64,000 nt of DNA from an uncultured Bacteroidales bacterium (GTDB lineage: Bacteria; Bacteroidota; Bacteroidia; Bacteroidales; Paludibacteraceae): NCBI GenBank assembly GCA_902798015.1, contig CADBVL010000013.1, positions 147 through 64,146 of the forward strand, read 5' to 3'. Of this stretch, positions 1-9,687 are shown in pieces. Each line of letters starts with the position of its first letter. Position 1 is the stretch's first letter. Both the position numbers and the translations under genes were made by a program. The notes beneath the pieces are model-generated. The model was not told the DNA's origin. It saw only the letters and a list, made by a program, of their open reading frames with translations, and did no database searches.

Positions 1-1
1 A

Positions 2-1300
2 ATGTTAGAATGGAAGCGCGAATCACAAGGCGAAACAGCTCTTTTAATTGAGGGGGCAAGACGTGTTGGCAAAAGTACGATTGTTCGTGAGTTTGCAAAA
101 AACGAATACAAGTCTTATGCAATCTTTGATTTTTCCAAAGCGAACAAAGGAGAGAAAGAATTGTTTGAGGATCTTTCCGATATGGATTTCTTCTTCAGCC
201 GTCTTCGTGTGCTAAAAGACATCGCACTATACGAACGGGAAAGCGTGATTATTTTTGATGAAGTGCAAAAATATCCCATTGCCCGGCAAGCTATCAAAGC
301 CTTAGTGGAGGACGGTAGATATGATTACATAGAAACAGGTTCGCTCATCAGCATTCATAAGAATACAGAGAACATCATCATTCCCAGCGAAGAGGAATCT
401 CTTGAAATGTATCCTATGGATTATGAGGAATTTCTATGGGCAATGGGGAACACCACCACGATGGATTTGCTAAAAGAAGCATGGAACAAGAAGCGTGGTT
501 TTGGCGATGAGATCAACCGAAAGCTCATGCGCGACTTCCGTCTGTATATGTTAGTAGGAGGAATGCCGCAGGCTGTTAATAAGTATATTGCGACTAAGGA
601 TTTCGCTGCGGTTGACAAGGTGAAACGCGCTATTATTCGTCTCTACCAGCAGGACTTTATTAAGATTGATAAAACAGGAAAGGCAGAACGTTTATTTATG
701 GCTATTCCTGCGCAGTTATCCAAGAATACAAATCGCTATCAGCCCACAACTGTTATTGAAAAATCGCGTGCGGAACAAGTAGAGAACCTTATTTTTCTTA
801 TGCAGGACAGCAAGACCGTTAATGTGGCATACCATGCTGACGATCCGAATGTCGGTATGTCGCTTACTACGAATCAATCGGCATACAAGATATTCTTATG
901 CGATACCGGATTGTTCGTTACGCTTGCGTTTTGGGACAAATCCTTTACCGAAAATACAATCTATCAGAAATTGCTCAATGATAAACTGGAAGCTAATTTG
1001 GGCTATGTGTATGAGAATGTCATTGCACAGATGATAGTGGCAAACGGTGATAAATTGTTCTACTACACGCTTCCCGATGGCAATAATCACAACTACGAGG
1101 TGGATTTCTTGCTATCCCGAGGGAATAAGATGTGTCCGATTGAAGTCAAGTCTTCCGGTTACAAAACGCACGCCTCTTTGGATGCTTTCTGCGAGAAGTA
1201 CTCTTCGCGTATCAATAATCGCTATTTGGTTTATACCAAAGATTTGCGCAAAGACGGAGAGACACTCCTTGTGCCGGTTTACATGGCAGGTTTGCTTTGA
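2..1300 (+). CDS. AAA+ ATPase, DUF4143-type (5' end probably cut by window edge)
   Basis: The ORF is open to the window edge. It has a P-loop GARRVGKST and a Walker-B-like IIFDEVQ. The overall layout matches AAA_14/DUF4143 ATPases. Confidence 0.7.
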   Translation: MLEWKRESQGETALLIEGARRVGKSTIVREFAKNEYKSYAIFDFSKANKGEKELFEDLSDMDFFFSRLRVLKDIALYERESVIIFDEVQKYPIARQAIKALVEDGRYDYIETGSLISIHKNTENIIIPSEEESLEMYPMDYEEFLWAMGNTTTMDLLKEAWNKKRGFGDEINRKLMRDFRLYMLVGGMPQAVNKYIATKDFAAVDKVKRAIIRLYQQDFIKIDKTGKAERLFMAIPAQLSKNTNRYQPTTVIEKSRAEQVENLIFLMQDSKTVNVAYHADDPNVGMSLTTNQSAYKIFLCDTGLFVTLAFWDKSFTENTIYQKLLNDKLEANLGYVYENVIAQMIVANGDKLFYYTLPDGNNHNYEVDFLLSRGNKMCPIEVKSSGYKTHASLDAFCEKYSSRINNRYLVYTKDLRKDGETLLVPVYMAGLL

Positions 1301-1405
1301 AATACGTTAAAATTTAAACAGATAATTTATACTTGCTTATAAAAAAGACGAGCCGGAGCCCGTCTCGTTTGAACTATTCGGAATTTTCTAATAGTTGCTC
1401 TTGTT

Positions 1406-1693
1406 CTAATAATAGAAATAATACATCGTAGCTACGGCTATGGCGAGGTGGAGGCAGAGGATGAGAGGGAGGCCGTAGCGGAACTTGGCGTGCTGGGTCT
1501 TGTGATGCCAGACTTTCATGCCGAGAAAGGCTCCAAGGCTGCCGCCCAAGAGAGCAACGGCGAGGAGGCGGGCTTCCGTGACACGCCATTTGTCATGCCG
1601 CGCCTTCCATTTGTCAATGCCATACAGGAAGAACGCGACTATGTTTATCGCCGCGAGGTAAATCAGGAGGCCAAATAAGAGGTACTGTCTCAT
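1406..1693 (-). CDS. DUF1294 family membrane protein
   Basis: 95-aa ORF with hydrophobic helices and a YGIDKWKA..RV.E..L motif typical of DUF1294. Confidence 0.65.
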   Translation of the reverse strand: MRQYLLFGLLIYLAAINIVAFFLYGIDKWKARHDKWRVTEARLLAVALLGGSLGAFLGMKVWHHKTQHAKFRYGLPLILCLHLAIAVATMYYFYY

Positions 1694-1713
1694 TTATTCT
1701 TTTAGCTCTGTAC

Positions 1714-2880
1714 TTAATCGCAGGTATGGATGTATTCGACCGTATTCCCGACGGCGGCAAGGTATTGCCGGAACGCCTCTTGAGAGATAACGACCGTGCC
1801 TCTGCAGTCATTGGGATGGAAGGAAAGCGAAGGGGCTTCCTTGAGACGGCTGTCCAGAAAAAGGATGACGTGATGTTCCGTATCATTAATGAGTCCGAAA
1901 GGACTAACCGAACCGGGTTCGAGCCCCAGATAGCGCATCATCCGTTCGGGTGAAGCAAACGACAGTTTGCCGGGAGCTTTCTTGCCCTGCGAGACCAGAA
2001 TATCCTTGAGCCAGTGCTCGATATCATGAATAGCCAGATCGTCATCGCAGGGGAAACAGATAAGGTAATGCTGGTCGCCCTTATGATTGCGCATGAAGAT
2101 ATTCTTGCAATGGACAGACCCATCGTCATGCCACCATCGTTTGGCTTCTTCAATTGTTTTGCCTTCCGGGTGGTTGTAGACAGTGAAGGGGATATGATGC
2201 TCCTCCAGATAGCGCAGCACTCTCTCCTGCCGCTCGGAGATCGTCCAAAGGATGTCTTGAGGCTGGTCGATGATGCGTGTTACACCGGCTGTTGTTAAGG
2301 TTTCCCGGCTCACGAACCCCCATGAACAAGCGATGAAAGGAACGCCGGCATTGGCAGCCGTGTCGCGATCGACGAGGCTGTCGCCGAGGTATAAGGTTGA
2401 AAGTTGAGTGTTTAGGGTTGAGAGTTTAGAGATGATATCCCTGACGATTTGGGGATCGGGTTTGCGGGGAATACCTTCGCGTTCGCCGAGGATGACATCA
2501 AAGATGTCCGGGAAGAAATGCGATACAATCTTCTCCGTCGCAGCCTGGTATTTGTTGCTGGCTACGGCGAGCAGATGACCTTGCGATTTGAGTGCATGCA
2601 GCACTTCGGTTATTCCTTCGTAAGGCCGTGTGAAATCGCAGTTATGGGCATCATAATACGGCACGAAAGACTCGCGTACACGCATGATCGTTTCTTCCGT
2701 CCGCTCGGATTCGGGAAGCGCACGGCGGATGAGGTTGTTGATGCCGTTGCCTACCATCCGCGGATAATCCTCTATAGGATGCGTAGGAAACCCGCTGCGG
2801 CTCAGGGCGTGATTGCACGCATAGCCTAAGTCGTCGATGGTGTTGAGCAGCGTGCCGTCCAGGTCAAAAATAATCGTCAT
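1714..2880 (-). CDS. HAD-superfamily phosphatase (Gph-like) fused to a YbaK/ProX-type aminoacyl-tRNA deacylase domain
   Basis: An internal ATG at 2880 gives MTIIFDLDGTL (HAD motif I). Later motifs are ASNK and GDS..D. The C-terminal ~160 aa carry HCKN and GSVSPFG motifs typical of YbaK-like editing domains. The first 21 codons of the track ORF overlap the promoter. Confidence 0.7.
   Translation of the reverse strand: MTIIFDLDGTLLNTIDDLGYACNHALSRSGFPTHPIEDYPRMVGNGINNLIRRALPESERTEETIMRVRESFVPYYDAHNCDFTRPYEGITEVLHALKSQGHLLAVASNKYQAATEKIVSHFFPDIFDVILGEREGIPRKPDPQIVRDIISKLSTLNTQLSTLYLGDSLVDRDTAANAGVPFIACSWGFVSRETLTTAGVTRIIDQPQDILWTISERQERVLRYLEEHHIPFTVYNHPEGKTIEEAKRWWHDDGSVHCKNIFMRNHKGDQHYLICFPCDDDLAIHDIEHWLKDILVSQGKKAPGKLSFASPERMMRYLGLEPGSVSPFGLINDTEHHVILFLDSRLKEAPSLSFHPNDCRGTVVISQEAFRQYLAAVGNTVEYIHTCD
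2397..2431 (-). repeat. Period-7 tandem array, 5 units (minus-strand reading CTCTAAA CTCTCAA CCCTAAA CACTCAA CTTTCAA), inside the HAD CDS
   Basis: Read directly from the sequence. It is translated in frame as KLSTLNTQLSTL just before the HAD GDS motif. Confidence 0.8.
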
Positions 2881-2912
2881 ACTACAGGGCTTTTGAAAAT
2901 CGTTTTGAACCG

Positions 2913-2920
2913 CAAAAGTA
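2913..2920 (-). promoter_or_regulatory. Bacteroidetes -7 box TACTTTTG
   Basis: Matches the TAnnTTTG consensus, 33 nt upstream of ATG 2880. Confidence 0.55.
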
Positions 2921-3006
2921 CAATAAAAAAATGACATACGCAAGCCTGCGGGACATTTTTTCGGGGATTTTATGGTCAGGCTATTGCATATATCAATTTT
3001 TTTTTA

Positions 3007-3014
3007 TAATTTTG
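3007..3014 (+). promoter_or_regulatory. Bacteroidetes -7 box TAATTTTG
   Basis: Matches TAnnTTTG, 21 nt upstream of ATG 3035. Confidence 0.55.
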
Positions 3015-3034
3015 CACGCCAAATTGAAAGAAAC

Positions 3035-3757
3035 ATGAAAAGACTTCTTCTTATTTCCCTTTTCGGCTTGTCCGTCTTGTGCATGACGGCCGGTACGCCT
3101 TGTCCGTATTTCACCTCTCCGGAGATGCCGAATGCGTTGCATTATCTGCCCGGTCCTCCCCGGTCCGGCGAGATGCGTTATGCCTATGATACGGCGCAAT
3201 ATAACTGGGGAAAAAAGATGCGTCCCACGCCTCGCGGGGAGAAGGCGCGTCTGGATGCCGAATACAGCATCCATCGTATAGCGGCTATCTTCTCTCCTGT
3301 TCTGGGGATACAGATCTCCGAGGAGAATACCCCGCAGATATGGAAACTGCTGACAGATGCCACCGAGAGCGCGCATTTCGCATGTGACAGCGCCAAGAAT
3401 ACGTACATGCGCAAGCGCCCGTACATGGTGTTCCATGAGCCGACCCTGGTGCCGGCGGATGAGGAGCCGCTTAGTCATAACGGTTCGTACCCGTCCGGCC
3501 ATACTACACTCGGCTGGACTTCCGCGTTGATCCTGTGCGAGATTGACCCGGCGGATCAGGATGCGCTGCTGAAAGAAGGTTTCGAGTACGGCCAGAGTCG
3601 TGTCATTGCCGGTTTTCACTGGCAGAGCGATGTAGATGCCGCCCGCGTAGTGGCAAGCGCTGCTTTTGCGCGCTTGCACACCAGCAAGGCCTACCTCAAG
3701 CAACTCAAGAAGGCACAAAAAGAGTTTGGGAGAAAACAGAAGAAGGTTAGGAAATAA
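3035..3757 (+). CDS. Class A acid phosphatase (PAP2 family), secreted
   Basis: Signal peptide MKRLLLISLFGLSVLC after the ATG at 3035. PAP2 motifs are KRPY, PSGH and SRVIAGFHWQSD. Confidence 0.8.
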   Translation: MKRLLLISLFGLSVLCMTAGTPCPYFTSPEMPNALHYLPGPPRSGEMRYAYDTAQYNWGKKMRPTPRGEKARLDAEYSIHRIAAIFSPVLGIQISEENTPQIWKLLTDATESAHFACDSAKNTYMRKRPYMVFHEPTLVPADEEPLSHNGSYPSGHTTLGWTSALILCEIDPADQDALLKEGFEYGQSRVIAGFHWQSDVDAARVVASAAFARLHTSKAYLKQLKKAQKEFGRKQKKVRK

Positions 3758-3765
3758 TCATAACT

Positions 3766-4719
3766 ATGCGCAAGAAGATCTCTATACTGGCAGTAATAGC
3801 CGCCCTGTTGATGCTGTCGGCGGACGGTTGGGGTGCTCCGGTGGTTACCAAGACACTCTTGGAATGGGCCCTGGCGCCGGTGAACAAACTGTCAAAAGCG
3901 AAGTGCTATGCCGATTCGTGCGAGCATATCATCGGTATCCCGTATCTGGATGACGGCAATGAACGGCATGTGGTGGATGTGTACTATGCCAAAGAGAACC
4001 GCAAGAATGCCGTGGTGATAGAGGTTCACGGCGGTTTTTACGTGGCGGGCCTGCGACAGAATCATCGTCCTTATGCATCGGTGTTCCTTAAGGAAGGGTA
4101 TGACGTAGTGCTGGTAGAATACCGACTGGTGGATGGCGATTCGACAGACGTGTCGGACCAGTTATATGATGTGTCGTCAGCGGTGGATTATGTGACCTTG
4201 CATGCCGGAGAGTTAGGACTGAATGCCGACCGGATGTTTATTGTAGGTACGTCCGCCGGCGGTCATCTGGCGCTGTATATCGCCGAAGGGGCTGCGGATG
4301 AATCGTTGCCTGTCCGTCCGATGTATTTCAAGCCGCGCGGCGTATTGCTTAACTGTCCTGCGTACGATTTCGCGAGTTACAATGCAACGGGCCTGTTCTA
4401 TCCGAAGGCGATGGAATGGTTCCTCGGTCCGCGCTATATGGACGAAGAGTGGATGACGGCGATGTCTCCGCGTACGCGCTTGAGTTCCTATCAGGGTCCG
4501 CTTTTCGTATCCTCCAGCCGGGAGGACTTTCTCCGTTCGCAGGCGCTGCTTATCGCGGAAGACTGCGGTATGCGTGCGCGTCCGTTCTATCTCGTGTTTA
4601 TTGACAGTAAACGCAAGGAAGCGGGGCATGTGCATAACGTGAGCAAACCCGATTTGAAGGAGTCGAAAGAGGTCAACAGAAAGATGATAGCGTTTCTGGA
4701 TAGTCTGGTACGCGAATAA
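3766..4719 (+). CDS. Alpha/beta hydrolase (esterase/lipase-like), secreted
   Basis: Signal peptide, HGGFY oxyanion motif and GTSAGG nucleophile elbow. Confidence 0.7.
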   Translation: MRKKISILAVIAALLMLSADGWGAPVVTKTLLEWALAPVNKLSKAKCYADSCEHIIGIPYLDDGNERHVVDVYYAKENRKNAVVIEVHGGFYVAGLRQNHRPYASVFLKEGYDVVLVEYRLVDGDSTDVSDQLYDVSSAVDYVTLHAGELGLNADRMFIVGTSAGGHLALYIAEGAADESLPVRPMYFKPRGVLLNCPAYDFASYNATGLFYPKAMEWFLGPRYMDEEWMTAMSPRTRLSSYQGPLFVSSSREDFLRSQALLIAEDCGMRARPFYLVFIDSKRKEAGHVHNVSKPDLKESKEVNRKMIAFLDSLVRE

Positions 4720-4847
4720 TATTAGGAAACGCGCCTATGCGCGCGCAAATACCCTGATTTTGCTAAGTTGACTTTACAAAAGTAACAAAATTACACTTTT
4801 TTGCCGATAGAGGTGACAAAAATGTTGTGTAAATAAAAAAAAAGTAG

Positions 4848-4855
4848 TACTTTTG
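4848..4855 (+). promoter_or_regulatory. Bacteroidetes -7 box TACTTTTG upstream of susC-like gene
   Basis: TAnnTTTG preceded by an A-run, 54 nt before ATG 4909. Confidence 0.55.
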
Positions 4856-4908
4856 CCGCAAAATTCCCTTTGGGCGGAATTATTTATGTATAACAAACAA
4901 TTCAAGGT

Positions 4909-7900
4909 ATGAAGAAATTCTTACTCGTATTGTCCGTTTGCTTTATAGCCTTCGGACAGGTATTGGCTCAGAGCCAAACGATTTCAGGTACCGTCCTTAA
5001 TGCAGCTGACGACGAGCCGATCATCGGTGCTTCGGTTCAGGTGAAGGGTACTTCGAAGGGTACGATTACCGACGTTGATGGTAAGTTCACCCTCGATGTA
5101 GATCCCAATTCTGTGCTTGTTGTTTCGTTCATTGGTATGGCGACTCAGGAAGTTGCTGCCAAGGATGGTGTAGTTGTTAATTTGATGGAAGACAGCAAGC
5201 AACTTGACGAAGTCATGGTAGTAGCTTTCGGTACGTCGACGAAGAAATCGTTCACCGGTGCAGCTTCGGTTGTAAAGGCGGATGAGATTACGAAACGTCA
5301 GACCAGTAACGTTACCAATGCTTTGGCAGGTCAGGTTGCCGGTGTTCAGGGTTTGAGCACCAGTGGTCAGCCGGGTACCACCAGTTCGGTTATCATCCGT
5401 GGTATCGGTTCTATGTACGCGAGCAACAGCCCGTTGTATGTAATCGATGGTGTGCCTGCTTCCGGCGATGATGTCAGCACGTTGTCTAACGCTGATATCG
5501 AGTCCGTTACTGTCTTGAAGGATGCCGCTTCCAACGCTTTGTATGGTGCCCGTGGTGCCAACGGTGTGATCCTTATCACGACCAAACGTGGTAACACCCG
5601 TGACGCTCAGGTAAAACTCGAAGCAAAGTGGGGTGTTAACCAGCGTGGTGTTCCTTCTTACGACGTAATGCGCGACGCAGGTATGTACTACGAGAACTAT
5701 TATACCGCGCTGTACAACCAGTATTTTGCACAGTATGGCGACGCGACGAGAGCGCACAACACGGCTAACAGCCTGTTGACTGCTGCAAACGGCGGTTTGG
5801 GTTATCAGGTATTTGCTGTTCCTGAAGACGAGCGTCTGGTAGGTACGAACTTTAAGTTGAACCCGCGTGCTACGGCCGGTTATGTAACCCCGGATGGTTA
5901 CATGCTCAAGGCCGACAACTGGTACAACGAGTTGTTCCAATCCAACAACCTCCGTCAGGAGTACAACCTCAGCATCTCCGGTTCGACCGACAAGTTGACC
6001 TATTTCACTTCTGCCAGCTACCTCGATGACTCGGGTATTATCCAGAACTCCGGCTTCCGCCGTGTTACGACCCGTGCGAACGTAGATTATCAGGCAAAGA
6101 AATGGTTGAAGATCGGAACGAACATGAGCTACAGCCACGCAGATATGCGTTATCCGCAGGAGGATGAGTACGGTGCATATTCGTCGGCAAACATCTTCTA
6201 TGTTGCTGATAACATTGCTCCTATCTATCCGCTCTATATCCGCGACGGAAACGGTCAGATTATGCGCGACCGTAACGGCTTTATCATGTATGACTACGGA
6301 GACGCCAAAACGGTTACGGGTGCATCCCGTGCTTTCATGGGTCAGTCGAACCCGGCCAGCGCAATTGCTTTGGATCGCTCGCAGTATAAGAAAGATATCT
6401 TCACCGGTAAGTGGTTCGTTCAGGTTGAGCCGATCAAGGGCTTGAAGTTCACTGCAAACCTTGGTCTGCACTATGCAGGCGTTCGCTACAACCAGACGAC
6501 CAACCCGTTCTACGGTCAGTATGCAGAGCGTGGCGGTTCGGCTTATGTAGCTACCTCGCGCGTTACCGCATTTGACCAGCAATATCTGGCAAATTACGCA
6601 CGTAAGTTCGGTGAGCACAACGTGGATGTAATGCTCGGTTACGAGAACTACCACTTGACTACTTCCTCGATGTCGGGTTCGAAGAACAAGCTGGTTAGTC
6701 CGTTCATTGCCGAGATCAACAACGCGATTTTGAATCCGAGCGTATCTTCGTCCAGCGACAGCTATTTCACGCAGGGTATCCTCGTTCAGGCTAAGTACGA
6801 CTACGCAAGCCGCTACTATGTAAGTGCAAGTTATCGTCGTGATGCTACTTCCCGTTTTGCTCCGGGTCACCAGTGGGGTAACTTCTGGTCCGTTGGTGCT
6901 GCATGGGATATCAAGGGTGAGCCGTTCATGGATGGCGTTACGAATGTGGACCTGTTGAAAATCAAAGCAAGTTACGGTTCGCAAGGTAACGATGCATTAG
7001 GAAACTACCACGTATGGGCTGACCTCTACTCCTTCGACGAGAACAACGGGGAGTACGCTAAAACTATGGTTCAGAAAGGTAACAGAGATTTGACCTGGGA
7101 GACCTCGTATAACTTCAACGCCGGTATTGACTTCGGTTTCTTCGGAGAGCGCTTGACCGGTACGATTGAGGGTTGGCGTCGTCGCACGGAGAACATGTTG
7201 TACTACAAGCCGGTTGCCGCTTCTAACGGTTACACCGAGATCCCTGTAAATATCGGTTCTGTAAGCAATGCCGGTATGGATGCCGAGCTCCGCGGTCAGT
7301 TGATCAAGACCCGTAACGTAACCTGGTCTGTTTATCTGAACTTGACCTACTTCAAGAACCGCATCCTGAAACTGGATCCGGATCTGGGTGGTCAGTGGAT
7401 TGATGGAACCTCCATCTATCGCGAGGGCGAGTCTATGTACAACCGCTACTTGCCTGCTTACGCAGGTGTTAACCCCGCTACCGGTAAATCGCAGTGGTAC
7501 ATTGATATAGATGATCCGAATAACCCGGGTCAGAAGATTATCAAGGGTGGTGTAACGGAGAACTATAGCGAAGCGAACAGTAACTACCGCTATGAGACCG
7601 GTGACCTGCTGCCGAAAATCTACGGTGGTTTCGGAACGACTCTCGATGTATATGGTGTAGATCTGTCTATCGCCTTCAACTATCAGGCAGGTGGTCGTCT
7701 GTACGATAACGCCTATCGTAACTTTATGCACGGCGGTTACGGCACCAGCGCCGGTCAGAACTGGCACTTGGATATTCTCAATGCTTGGACGCCGGAGAAT
7801 ACCAACACCAATGTGCCTGCTATCAACGCCGGTGACCAGTATGTAAACGGTGTTTCCGATCGTTGGTTGATCAGCAGTAACTACGTAAGTCTCCAGCGAG

Positions 7901-8047
7901 AAGATTCGTCTGTATGCAGTAGCTGACAACGTAGCGCTTTGGTCCGCTCGCAAGGGTCTGGATCCGCGTCAGAACTTTACCAGCTCCAGCAACACGCTCT
8001 ACTCTCCGATGCGTACTATCTCGGGCGGTTTAAGTATCACGTTCTAA
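4909..8047 (+). pseudogene. SusC/RagA-family TonB-dependent receptor, frame disrupted near the C-terminus
   Basis: It has a signal peptide, the carboxypeptidase-regulatory-like ISGTV..ITDVDGKF motif, a plug and a long barrel. Frame 1 stops at 7926. The canonical C-terminus EKIRLYAVADNVALWSARKGLDPRQNFTSSSNTLYSPMRTISGGLSITF continues in frame 2 (7889..8047). About 17 residues expected between SNYVSLQ and IRLY appear to be missing. Confidence 0.8.
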
Positions 8048-8066
8048 TTAAAGAAAGGAGATTAAT

Positions 8067-9668
8067 ATGAAAACGATTAGTAAATATGTATCTGTTCTCC
8101 TCGTAACCGCTTTGTCTTTCGCTTCTTGTAGTGAATGGATGAATGCCGTTCCCGAAGGTGGAACGAAAACACCTGACCAGGTAGAGGAAGCTGCTCAGCA
8201 GAACCCTGCAACAGCAGCAGCAGACTTGTCTGCTATCTACGCGCAGTTTATTCAGGTTTATTCCGGTCTGGGAGACCTTGGCTACGAGCGCCACAACGAC
8301 TACGGCTACGCAGCCATCTGCTTGTTCATGGATGAGCAGGGACAGGATCTTGTAAGCCCGAACACTGGATACAACTGGTTCCAATACGCCGATTTCACCT
8401 CGAACCGCGACAACACGCTGACGACCACCAAAGGTCTGATTGACCACTTGGTATGGGGTGAGTACTACAAGATCATCTTCGCATGTAACAACGTGATTGG
8501 TATGGTTGACCGCAAGCAGCCGGGTGCACAGAAATATGCGTTGAGCCAAGCTCTGGCCGTCCGCGCAATGTGCTATATGAATCTGGCTCAACTCTATCAG
8601 TTTACCTACCGCACGACGGATAAGAGTGCACTGACTGTTCCGTTGGTATTGGAAAACATGCCTGCAGAGCGCATCACCAACAACCCGCGTGCTACTCTGG
8701 AAGAGTTGTTCAAGCTTTGTACAGAGGACTTGACTTATGCATGCGACAGCCTTAATGGCTACAAGCGTCCGGACAAAGGTTTCGTAGATCAAGCCGTTGC
8801 TTTCGGTTTGCGTGCTCGTCTGAACCTTCTTAAGGGTGAGTGGGCAGATGCTGCTAAGGATGCTGATCAGGCATTGAAGTTAAGTGGCGCAGAGCCGCTG
8901 TCGATTGCTGAGGCAGGTGAACCGGGCTTCGCAGATGCAGCGCAGCACAATGTACTTTGGGCGAACATCATCGTAGAGACCAATGATGTCGTAAAGACCG
9001 GTATCGTTAACTGGCCTTCGCACATGTCGATCTTCTTCATGGATGGTTATACATCCGTAGGCGCAACCCGTTCGATTGCCAGTGAGCTCTATGACGAGAT
9101 TTCCGCTACCGACGTACGTAAGGGCTGGTGGCTGGATGAAAACCTTGAGTCTCCGCTGCTGGATGCTCCGGGTTACAACGCTGCCAAAGCAACTATCCAG
9201 GAAAATGCGGATAATGTATATACGAACGTGAAGTTCGGTACGGGCGACCGTTCTACCACCGGTGACGGTGCTGCAGCAGCAGACTGGATTCTTATGCGTG
9301 CTGAGGAGTTACACCTTATCAAAGCAGAGGGTCTCGCTCGCTCGGGCGGTGACGGCGCAAGCGTACTGCTCAACTTCGTACAGAAGTATCGTGATCCGTC
9401 CTACAACGTAGCTCAACATGGTTTGAGTCTCGAGGATGAGATCTGGTGGCAACGTCGTGTAGAGCTCTGGGGTGAAGGTTTTGCATGGGGCGATATCATG
9501 CGTCTCGAGAAACCGATTATTCGTACCAACTCGACCAACTGGCCGGAGGCATGGGCAAATCAAGACGTACCCGCAAGACACGGTGTATTGTTATGGCGTA
9601 TCCCGCAAGCCGAAATGGAGGCTAACAAGGGTATCACCGATCCTAACCCGTTTGTGCCATTCCCCTAA
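8067..9668 (+). CDS. SusD/RagB-family nutrient-binding outer-membrane lipoprotein
   Basis: Starts 20 nt after the susC end. It has a lipoprotein signal LSFASC. Size and W/Y-rich TPR-like composition are typical of SusD. Confidence 0.85.
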   Translation: MKTISKYVSVLLVTALSFASCSEWMNAVPEGGTKTPDQVEEAAQQNPATAAADLSAIYAQFIQVYSGLGDLGYERHNDYGYAAICLFMDEQGQDLVSPNTGYNWFQYADFTSNRDNTLTTTKGLIDHLVWGEYYKIIFACNNVIGMVDRKQPGAQKYALSQALAVRAMCYMNLAQLYQFTYRTTDKSALTVPLVLENMPAERITNNPRATLEELFKLCTEDLTYACDSLNGYKRPDKGFVDQAVAFGLRARLNLLKGEWADAAKDADQALKLSGAEPLSIAEAGEPGFADAAQHNVLWANIIVETNDVVKTGIVNWPSHMSIFFMDGYTSVGATRSIASELYDEISATDVRKGWWLDENLESPLLDAPGYNAAKATIQENADNVYTNVKFGTGDRSTTGDGAAAADWILMRAEELHLIKAEGLARSGGDGASVLLNFVQKYRDPSYNVAQHGLSLEDEIWWQRRVELWGEGFAWGDIMRLEKPIIRTNSTNWPEAWANQDVPARHGVLLWRIPQAEMEANKGITDPNPFVPFP

Positions 9669-9687
9669 TCCTAAAAAATTATAGATT

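Noticed and set aside
1340-1375. Possible terminator hairpin after the ATPase gene
   Set aside because: Only a 5-bp stem (AGACG/CGTCT) with a 10-nt loop and a weak T-run. This is not convincing enough to annotate.
2993-3718. 241-aa minus-strand ORF
   Set aside because: It is antisense to the PAP2 acid phosphatase, which has all three signature motifs.
4984-7953. 666-aa and 318-aa minus-strand ORFs inside the susC region
   Set aside because: They are antisense shadows of a clearly recognisable SusC/RagA receptor and have an implausible composition (Arg/Thr/Val/Cys-rich).
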